From Candidatus Anstonellales archaeon (GTDB lineage: Archaea > Micrarchaeota > Micrarchaeia > Anstonellales > J096): a stretch of 54,383 bases of DNA. Under the pieces are notes generated by a model. It did not search any database. It saw only the letters and a list, made by a program, of their open reading frames with translations, and was not told the DNA's origin. Shown one piece after another: positions 44,715-54,383 of the stretch. Position 1 is the first letter of the stretch. Every line of letters starts with the position of its first letter. The position numbers and the translations under genes were made by a program. Where the stretch lies: NCBI GenBank assembly GCA_038740615.1, contig JAVYLQ010000002.1, positions 1 to 54,383 on the forward strand. Direction: 5' to 3'.

Positions 44715-45788
44715 ATGTTGTCGATCATAGATAGTTTTGTTGTAGCGTTAGTGATGATAGTTGCTGGGTATATATTGTTACTATTTGTCATGGCTAGACT
44801 TAGTAGTAACGAAGAGTGGAAACAGAATTTCAAGATAGAGTTGCAGCAGCTACTATTGAGCTTGCTATTACTAATAGGTGTATATGCAATAGCAGGTTTT
44901 GTTACTACAATATATCAATACTATACAGGTGGATTGGATGCATTCAACTACCTCTCCATTCAACTAATATCCATAATGAAAAACTTACACTTCTATGCGT
45001 CTCATCTAACTCTTTCAGCATCTCTAATGAGAATGTTTGGAGAGTTTACAAATATAGGTTATCCGCATGGTTCTTATGGATCAGCTAGATTACCCACTAC
45101 TCCTGGTGTAGATCTGTTAGCGTCAGTTACTTTTCAGATCAGAGATCTGCTTATGATAGCTACAGGTGGTTTGGTTATGCAATCTATACTTTTTGATCTT
45201 ATAAAGAATCTAGCACTTACTGTAGTATTGCCCATAGGGATTGTTTTGAGAATCTTGCCAATCACTCGACAATTTGGAAATGAACTGATCGGTCTGAGTG
45301 TTTCATCATATATAATATTACCCATCATATATTTGGTTTTCTTCCAAACCATTCAGGAAGTTGCTAATGAGCGAGGAGGGTTTATAGAAAGATTTGTTGA
45401 TGGATATCTTGCAATAGGTGACACCAGATTGATAGAGCCAGATAAGATAATCGTTGATATACAGAAAGATCACCAGGCTAGTATTCAGGACAGTATGGAT
45501 AGGTTGAACAACTATTTTGATAGGTATAAATCAGAGATTGATTCAGAAGTAATGGGAAGTACTGCTGACGAGCATAAGCTCTATAGATTCTTTGAAACCT
45601 ATTTAACTACTGGGTTGGTATTAGGATTTCTAAATGTAGGATTCCCCATATCATTTCTATTTCTTTACTCTATATTACTATATGCCTCAGGATTCTTAGT
45701 ATTTGGATTTGGATTACCAGGATTTGCCATAGCAATCACACTGACAGCTGCTAAGAGTATTAGAGATTCTCTGGAGAGATTGGTATGA
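44715..45788 (+). CDS. polytopic membrane protein, paralog 2 of 6
   Basis: 357 aa. Core motif PIGIVLRILPITRQFGNELIGLSVSSYIILPIIYLV. C-terminus ...SIRDSLERLV. Confidence 0.75.
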   Translation: MLSIIDSFVVALVMIVAGYILLLFVMARLSSNEEWKQNFKIELQQLLLSLLLLIGVYAIAGFVTTIYQYYTGGLDAFNYLSIQLISIMKNLHFYASHLTLSASLMRMFGEFTNIGYPHGSYGSARLPTTPGVDLLASVTFQIRDLLMIATGGLVMQSILFDLIKNLALTVVLPIGIVLRILPITRQFGNELIGLSVSSYIILPIIYLVFFQTIQEVANERGGFIERFVDGYLAIGDTRLIEPDKIIVDIQKDHQASIQDSMDRLNNYFDRYKSEIDSEVMGSTADEHKLYRFFETYLTTGLVLGFLNVGFPISFLFLYSILLYASGFLVFGFGLPGFAIAITLTAAKSIRDSLERLV

Positions 45789-46972
45789 ACCCAATTATAG
45801 ATGGGGTTGCTCCTATTATAGGAATATCGATTATGATATATGTCATAGCCTATCTTGTAGGAAGGGTCTTGAACAAACCTGATATACCTGCCTTTATCAA
45901 CATGGAGCTCCTATCGTTGATAATTTTCATAATTCTATTAGTAGTGTTGTTGTATATGTTGGATTTTGCAGTTGATATAACTATATCGAATCTTAATCCT
46001 GATGCAAAGTCTGAAGTATGTGACAAATATGGAATCTCTGTATCAAGATGTCATGTTGCTATAGCAGGATATTTTCTAGAGAGTGTACTTAGAGAACTTA
46101 CAGATTATTATATACAACTAAACGCAGTTCTTCTAACTACTAATTTTGTAAAGCAAACTTATTCTGTGAAAGCAATTCAGGGAGATAAATTCGTAAAGCT
46201 GAACATGAATCCATTTATATTCATACCCTCACTGTACATAGAACCTATAATTGGATTGGTTCAGACGATGTTGCAGTTCGCTATAGCACAGTTCATCGTT
46301 CTTTGGTATATCACATCTCCGCAGTTTTTCATAGGTTTCTTGACTTTAGGAATTGTTCTTAGATTATTTGCTGTAACCAAATCGGCTGGTGGATTGATAA
46401 TAGCTCTAGTTATAGGTTTATATTATGTATTTCCAATGGCATATGTTCTGATGGATGTACACTACAGATATTCATATCCTGGTACTTATGGATTTGATAA
46501 GATAAATACTTATAGAGTTACTGATCATCTCCTATCTGTATTTGGAATCCCATTTGGAGATCGATTAGATGCGGCCATAAATGCCATATTGAATGTAGAG
46601 AGTAAGCCCATTGATCCTACCGATCCTGATTCAGTAGTTAGTAGTTTAGGTGCTGCTCTCAGTAACATGGCTAGCATAGCTAAAGCGGTTATAAAGATTG
46701 CTACTGTATTAGGTGCTATGCTATCAATATATACCCTCTCCTTTTTACCGCCTGTAGCTATAGGATATACTCTTGTAGGAGATGCTGTTCCAGATATAAT
46801 GCGTAGTATTATTAATATGCCTATTATTCTATTAAACATCTACACCGAATTTTTTATAATATTTGCAGTACTAATATACATATCTCTAATAAGCACTGTG
46901 GCATTCGTTAAGACACTATCCCCAATATTAGGTGGTGACGTTGAAATTGCTGGTATTACTCGTTTTATATAG
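45785..46972 (+). CDS. polytopic membrane protein, paralog 3 of 6
   Basis: 395 aa. Core motif TLGIVLRLFAVTKSAGGLIIALVIGLYYVFPMAYVL. C-terminus ...LGGDVEIAGITRFI. Confidence 0.75.
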   Translation: MNPIIDGVAPIIGISIMIYVIAYLVGRVLNKPDIPAFINMELLSLIIFIILLVVLLYMLDFAVDITISNLNPDAKSEVCDKYGISVSRCHVAIAGYFLESVLRELTDYYIQLNAVLLTTNFVKQTYSVKAIQGDKFVKLNMNPFIFIPSLYIEPIIGLVQTMLQFAIAQFIVLWYITSPQFFIGFLTLGIVLRLFAVTKSAGGLIIALVIGLYYVFPMAYVLMDVHYRYSYPGTYGFDKINTYRVTDHLLSVFGIPFGDRLDAAINAILNVESKPIDPTDPDSVVSSLGAALSNMASIAKAVIKIATVLGAMLSIYTLSFLPPVAIGYTLVGDAVPDIMRSIINMPIILLNIYTEFFIIFAVLIYISLISTVAFVKTLSPILGGDVEIAGITRFI

Positions 46973-48212
46973 CGTCCTATCATTGGCCTCCTCATGTGAC
47001 GATGAGGGATTTATTAGTCAGGAGTGTATTGAGAGAGATATTTATGGTAAGTTTGATGAGAATCTTGTGTATAGTGGATTTAAAAAGGTGTTTTTAGATG
47101 CGAGAAATACTGCTCTAAATGTGTTAGATAATCTAATCGTAAATGTAATAGGTCCGTATACATTCTGTAAAAGCACTAATCCTGTAGATGTATCCAATCT
47201 TTTGAACACAGTTGGAATAATAGCATTCATATCGTTGCTTCTCGTATACATTCTAAATGCTATTGCATCTATCTTTGGATTACAATGGAGAATATCTCTG
47301 TTGGATGAGGCGTTTCAAGCTCTATTAACCATATTAGTAGTAATACTGATAGTAGGGGTTGTTAATTACTATGCTTATAATAGCATATTCGTTCAGGCAA
47401 AACAGTATGTGGTTAATATAATTATAAATTTCTCATTCTTCTCCATGCTGCTTAAGACTATTGAAACTATGTTAGTAGCTCTATCAAATATTACAATCCC
47501 ATTTGGTCCTCCAGATGCTAGAGGAATTTTTGGGGTATCATTCTCCCAATTATTCACAATAGTATTCAAATCTTTTGATGTGATAAAAGGATTCTTCAAT
47601 CTAGCTATATTAGAGTATGTATTTAAACTATTCCTCTTATGTATAGGTCCAAGAATAATAATTGATCTCCTTCTTCCCATAGGCGCACTCATGAGAGCAT
47701 TCTACTTTACTAGACCTGGGGGGAATGTGCTCTTAGGTATCTCAATCGCATTTATCGTAATATACCCTCTGATAATGTATATCTATTCAAAGATATATTC
47801 GCAGATCTCCTACATATGGGAAATAGATCTTGCTGAAGCTGCATACAGAATGGTTATCGCTGCTATCATGGGAGCCATATCTTCAAAATTGATCCCTGCA
47901 GCAGCCAGAGCTCTCAGATCATCCACATTTGATACTCTTAGAAATCTAATTAACATAAAGAAAGTTTGGGATGCTCTGAATAATTTTGCTCATATAATTA
48001 GTATGAACAGTTTTGGTGTTGGTGCTGTAGTAGGTCTATTGTATTTCCTACCAGCTCTGATGTATATAATATTTGGATATTTGCAATTAGCTCTGGTATT
48101 TGCAGTAATACTAGGACCATTAGCTCTGTATTTTACCGTATCATTAACAGGTCAGATAAGTAGAGCTCTTGGTACTGAAATAAATATTGCTGCTCTATCG
48201 AGGTTGATATAA
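46932..48212 (+). CDS. polytopic membrane protein, paralog 4 of 6, with N-terminal signal-peptide-like segment
   Basis: Core motif PIGALMRAFYFTRPGGNVLLGISIAFIVIYPLIMYI. C-terminus ...LGTEINIAALSRLI. AGGTGGTGA Shine-Dalgarno inside the paralog 3 3' end, so the likely start is TTG 46941, giving MKLLVLLVLYSVLSLASSC. Confidence 0.7.
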   Translation: MVTLKLLVLLVLYSVLSLASSCDDEGFISQECIERDIYGKFDENLVYSGFKKVFLDARNTALNVLDNLIVNVIGPYTFCKSTNPVDVSNLLNTVGIIAFISLLLVYILNAIASIFGLQWRISLLDEAFQALLTILVVILIVGVVNYYAYNSIFVQAKQYVVNIIINFSFFSMLLKTIETMLVALSNITIPFGPPDARGIFGVSFSQLFTIVFKSFDVIKGFFNLAILEYVFKLFLLCIGPRIIIDLLLPIGALMRAFYFTRPGGNVLLGISIAFIVIYPLIMYIYSKIYSQISYIWEIDLAEAAYRMVIAAIMGAISSKLIPAAARALRSSTFDTLRNLINIKKVWDALNNFAHIISMNSFGVGAVVGLLYFLPALMYIIFGYLQLALVFAVILGPLALYFTVSLTGQISRALGTEINIAALSRLI

Positions 48213-48213
48213 G

Positions 48214-49587
48214 ATGAATATCGAGAAAAATATTGATGCTAATCAGATTCAGATCATGGTCAAGGATATGATCGATAGTATATCTGATACATGTACTGAT
48301 CCGATTAATGATAGATGTATTGATGAGAAACAAACATTGGCTGAATCTTTTGAGGCTCTGAAACCACAGATAGGATTCTTCAGTAAAGCTATAGAGACTG
48401 CCGTAGATAAGATATTTGGTAATCTCTATAGATTAGGAGCAGGTACGAAAATATTCGATGATAAGTACTGCCCCACTGTACAGAATTTAGGATTTGTGAC
48501 AAACTACTTTGGTCTAGCCGTAATACTATTACTATCATATCTCTTTATAGAATTCATAGCTAGGATTCTAAATAACACCAAATACACTGCTCTAGCTAGA
48601 AGGGAGATAATGGAAATTATAATAATCATTCCTCTGCTAATCGCTCTTCTCAATCTACCATGTTTTATATCTATAAATGATAATACACCACTCCATACCA
48701 AATCACTACTGTATATACATTCTGCAATTGTATCTTCTATGATATCCCTGATCCCCCTATCTTATTACGCAGCAACTGTAGGAGCTCATGCTGTTATGAT
48801 AGTGCAGAATCTAGGAGGGGGAGCTCCACAGACATTGCCCCTCTCATATCAATACTATGAATCCTCACTATCCTTGAGCAAACAGGTCGCATCATTCTTA
48901 ACATTATCTTTCATTTGGATAGGGACATTTGCATTCATGTATGACATCTTCACCTATGGATTTGTAAAATACCTATTACCTTTAGCACTTCTACTTAGAT
49001 TCATACCATTCACTAGAAGTCTAGGGGGAGGACTCATAGGATTGATAATAGCTACAAATCTATTCATACCAATTATCCTATCAATCAACTATGAAATCAT
49101 AAAGATGTTTGGGGCAGGATATTTCTATTATAATAATGGTAATGTAACCTTCAAATTCAACCCATGGTTAGAGATGGCTATACATATATTTGGAGCATTC
49201 CTAATCCTAATGAGCTCTCTGTATATATTAACAGGTTTTAGATTGTTTATAGATATACGAAATGTGATAAGCAGATTCAAAATATGGCAGGCTACTAGAG
49301 AAGGAATGAAAAGGATGTTGGCATCTCTGATAGGAGCAGCAGGAGGAGCTGCAGCAACCACCTTAGATCTATTTCTAGCTATGAGAGTGCTGTCTACATC
49401 ATCACTAAGGGTATTTGCATTCCAGATTCCTCTATTAATAATTATAGCAGTTATAATCGTATCTGCTATAATCTTCAATTTACTCCTCCCCACAGTATCA
49501 TTACTCTTCCTCACATCAACAATAAAATACATGTCAGCTATATTTGGAGATGAATTTGATCTTGCTAATCTGACGAGGTTGATATAA
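48214..49587 (+). CDS. polytopic membrane protein, paralog 5 of 6
   Basis: 457 aa. Core motif PLALLLRFIPFTRSLGGGLIGLIIATNLFIPIILSI. C-terminus ...FGDEFDLANLTRLI. Confidence 0.75.
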   Translation: MNIEKNIDANQIQIMVKDMIDSISDTCTDPINDRCIDEKQTLAESFEALKPQIGFFSKAIETAVDKIFGNLYRLGAGTKIFDDKYCPTVQNLGFVTNYFGLAVILLLSYLFIEFIARILNNTKYTALARREIMEIIIIIPLLIALLNLPCFISINDNTPLHTKSLLYIHSAIVSSMISLIPLSYYAATVGAHAVMIVQNLGGGAPQTLPLSYQYYESSLSLSKQVASFLTLSFIWIGTFAFMYDIFTYGFVKYLLPLALLLRFIPFTRSLGGGLIGLIIATNLFIPIILSINYEIIKMFGAGYFYYNNGNVTFKFNPWLEMAIHIFGAFLILMSSLYILTGFRLFIDIRNVISRFKIWQATREGMKRMLASLIGAAGGAAATTLDLFLAMRVLSTSSLRVFAFQIPLLIIIAVIIVSAIIFNLLLPTVSLLFLTSTIKYMSAIFGDEFDLANLTRLI

Positions 49588-50570
49588 TGGACGAGTATCA
49601 GGTTGTTGCCATAACCTTCGCACTAATAGGAGTAATAATCGGTATAATCCTCTATCAATTGTCCAAAATATTCAATCTTGGGGGTCTGAAAAGATATTCT
49701 GAGATGTTCATATGGGAAGCAGGAGTTACAGTTCTCTTAGCCCTGTTCCTATTTGTTATGATAGATAGATTAAATAATTTCCTATTCGATATATCTCAAG
49801 AGATGTTCAAAACTATTGGTAAGGATATCTCTGGGGTTAATCCTAAGACACCCATGGCTGCTGCTAGAGTTGTTTTGAATGAATTGATAAATAGTTGTTA
49901 TCTTAGAACATACGGGGCATTGTTGATGGTTCAGGCACTCTTTGAATCTGTTGGAATGTCCATAGCTAGTGTTGGTGCGGAGAATACTAATCTACCTACT
50001 GCAAGCTTAGCCTTTGGAACTATATATATATCAGACCTTCTGAAGATAATGTTTTTCCTGGTTTGGAGCAGTATGGCAATGTTTAAACTCATGGTATTCT
50101 TCTCTGCATACTACCCATTTCTTATAATGCTAGGAATTATACTTAGAGCGTTTGAACCCACCAAATCTCTGGGGGCATACTTGATAAGTCTGGGTATTGG
50201 ATTATATGTAGTTCTGCCAATGAGTTATAATATAGGAATTGTGCTGAATTATAACGATTTACTCTGTTCATTACCTAAGAGAATACAGAGTGATGATACT
50301 CTGGGAATGGGTTATGCAAATGCTTTTGATATAGGAGAGAATTCTAGAAGCTTTGTAGCAGTGTCATCGGTCATCTCTATGTTTGTCTCGATATTCCTAT
50401 TAATAACCAATCCATCTACTCTGGTTAGTTTCATATATTCAATAATGGCTCTATCATTTATAGCTCCTCTGATTGCATTCATATTTGCTCTATCATTCGT
50501 GAATATCTCCACTACTGCACTTGGAGGAAGGATTAGTGAAGTAGGAAGAGGTCTATTTAGATTAGTTTAA
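49587..50570 (+). CDS. polytopic membrane protein, paralog 6 of 6
   Basis: 327 aa. Core motif MLGIILRAFEPTKSLGAYLISLGIGLYVVLPMSYNI. C-terminus ...LGGRISEVGRGLFRLV. TAATG overlap with paralog 5. Confidence 0.75.
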   Translation: MDEYQVVAITFALIGVIIGIILYQLSKIFNLGGLKRYSEMFIWEAGVTVLLALFLFVMIDRLNNFLFDISQEMFKTIGKDISGVNPKTPMAAARVVLNELINSCYLRTYGALLMVQALFESVGMSIASVGAENTNLPTASLAFGTIYISDLLKIMFFLVWSSMAMFKLMVFFSAYYPFLIMLGIILRAFEPTKSLGAYLISLGIGLYVVLPMSYNIGIVLNYNDLLCSLPKRIQSDDTLGMGYANAFDIGENSRSFVAVSSVISMFVSIFLLITNPSTLVSFIYSIMALSFIAPLIAFIFALSFVNISTTALGGRISEVGRGLFRLV

Positions 50571-50574
50571 ATTT
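50566..50574 (+). promoter_or_regulatory. TATA-like box TTTAAATTT for serS
   Basis: Spans -29..-21 relative to the ATG at 50595, and overlaps the stop codon of paralog 6. Confidence 0.4.
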
Positions 50575-50591
50575 ATTTATCTCTAAACTAA

Positions 50592-53220
<2,629 letters not shown>

Positions 53221-53224
53221 AGTA

Positions 53225-53251
53225 TTTTTATAACTTTGTGAAACTTTTAAA
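53225..53251. promoter_or_regulatory. interdigitated divergent promoters in a 33-bp spacer
   Basis: TTTTTATAA (53225-53233) lies -29..-21 from epimerase ATG 53254. TTTAAAAG on the minus strand (53251-53244) lies -31..-24 from rtcB ATG 53220. Confidence 0.4.
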
Positions 53252-53253
53252 TC

Positions 53254-54159
53254 ATGATAGTAATAACCGGAGGTAGGGGTTTCATAGGTAGTTATTTATA
53301 TGATTATGCTGTTTCAAGAGGAGATAATGTGATTGTGATAGATAACCTCATGCACCCTTCACCTAGAGCATCTCATATAGACTTTATAAATCTCGATCTT
53401 ACACAAGGAATGGTAGAATTAAGAGATGTTGAGGTGATATATCATTTAGCAGCAGATATATCTGTGACTAATAGTATTAAGAATCCAAAATTCAGCTATA
53501 ATAACAATATTCTTTCAACTATGAATGTGCTAGAATTTGCTAGAAAATATGATGTGAAGGTTGTGTTCTCTAGTTCATCTGCAGTTTATGGTAATTTGGA
53601 ATTTAATGGTAAAATCACGGAAGACTCTCCAAAGAAACCTGCTAGTATATATGGTATGTCTAAGCTCCATAATGAAAATATGATAGAATTGTATAATGAA
53701 TTGTATGGGATTGATTATGTAATACTAAGATATTCAAATGTATACGGACCAGGAGCTGATCCTGAAGGAGGTGTGGTTGGTAGGTTTATTACAAGAATGC
53801 TTAGAGGTGATAGTGTGGAGATATATGGAGATCCAGCTAGAGATTTTGTATATGTACAGGATGTAGCAATAATAACCTATGCAGCTAGGTGGTTTAGTGG
53901 GATCTACAATTTAGGTACAGGGAGAGCGGTTAGAATCCTAGATCTGTTCAGAATGATTGCCGAAGAATTAGATTATACTAAAGAACCGATAATAAAACCT
54001 TTCAGACAGGGGGAGATGCGAGTTAATACATTGGATAATAGTAAATTAATGTCAGTATTTCGACCCAGGTTGAGAGAACTGGGATGGGTAGATTTTATTG
54101 ATATACGAATAGGATTGAAGGAGACAATCAAGTATATAAAAACTTCTCTAGAATTCTAA
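53254..54159 (+). CDS. NAD-dependent epimerase/dehydratase (UDP-sugar 4-epimerase-like SDR)
   Basis: VITGGRGFIGS Rossmann motif at the N-terminus and catalytic YGMSK. Confidence 0.8.
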   Translation: MIVITGGRGFIGSYLYDYAVSRGDNVIVIDNLMHPSPRASHIDFINLDLTQGMVELRDVEVIYHLAADISVTNSIKNPKFSYNNNILSTMNVLEFARKYDVKVVFSSSSAVYGNLEFNGKITEDSPKKPASIYGMSKLHNENMIELYNELYGIDYVILRYSNVYGPGADPEGGVVGRFITRMLRGDSVEIYGDPARDFVYVQDVAIITYAARWFSGIYNLGTGRAVRILDLFRMIAEELDYTKEPIIKPFRQGEMRVNTLDNSKLMSVFRPRLRELGWVDFIDIRIGLKETIKYIKTSLEF

Positions 54160-54164
54160 GTAAC

Positions 54165-54383
54165 ATGAACTCAGAGATAATAAGAAAAAAACTGAACAAT
54201 ATTCTAGAGGCGAGGACCAAGGAAGAGATAAAGAATGCTGTTAAAGATCTGTTCACAACCTATCCTGATCAAATAGAAAAAGAGCAAAGTGTACTACTTG
54301 CTAAGGCAAAAATACAGATGCTAGATGATTTGAAAGCAAGGAAAGAGGTTATAGTTGAGTTACTTGCCAACTCAGAACATGTA
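54165..54383 (+). CDS. hypothetical protein, 5' fragment (runs off the window)
   Basis: Open frame from ATG 54165 to the window end: MNSEIIRKKLNNILEARTKEE... Confidence 0.35.
   Translation, partial: MNSEIIRKKLNNILEARTKEEIKNAVKDLFTTYPDQIEKEQSVLLAKAKIQMLDDLKARKEVIVELLANSEHV

Noticed and set aside
44816-49532. Alternative-frame or antisense ORFs within the six-paralog membrane operon (44816..45088, 45134..45352, 46525..46839, 47042..47251, 47393..47692, 48133..48333, 48504..48701, 49128..49532, and also 50312..50512)
   Set aside because: They are embedded in long ORFs whose mutual homology supports the annotated frames.

Overview
This is a compact, AT-rich archaeal chromosome segment, roughly one-third GC by eye. 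Nearly all of it is coding, and many cistron junctions are 4-nt ATGA overlaps. K/E/I-rich proteins, GC-rich tRNA stems and a two-CxxC protein disulfide oxidoreductase suggest a hyperthermophile. The small-genome style suggests a Nanoarchaeota/DPANN-like organism, but that is inference and cannot be verified here.

Most of the window is housekeeping:
- The two halves of the archaeal ribosomal-protein super-operon, in permuted order. S17-to-L15-SecY-Adk lies at 5.3-13.9 kb and L3-to-L29-SUI1 at 18.9-23.5 kb.
- Six intron-less tRNA genes: Gly-CCC, Thr-UGU, Ala-GGC, Thr-CGU, Ile-GAU and Gln-UUG.
- SecD/SecF, a DRG GTPase, and GluRS, TyrRS and SerRS.
- RtcB, an EndoQ-like PHP nuclease, dUTPase, thiolase, RpoK, beta-carbonic anhydrase and malic enzyme.

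I saw no rRNA, CRISPR array, transposase or integrase.

The most unusual content, in order of interest:
1. A 7.4-kb operon of six tandem, translationally coupled paralogous polytopic membrane proteins (43175-50570). They share a core motif and a C-terminal tail, and I do not recognise the family.
2. A three-gene operon (40683-36873, minus strand) built around a cysteine-free Rad50/SMC-like ABC ATPase. A two-helix transmembrane hairpin replaces the zinc hook at the coiled-coil apex.
3. A lipobox-bearing protein made of ten 4-Cys repeats, translationally coupled to rpoK.
4. A basic/acidic-Trp block protein coupled to a bPH-domain membrane protein.
5. A tRNA-flanked island of ORFans that separates the two ribosomal-operon halves.
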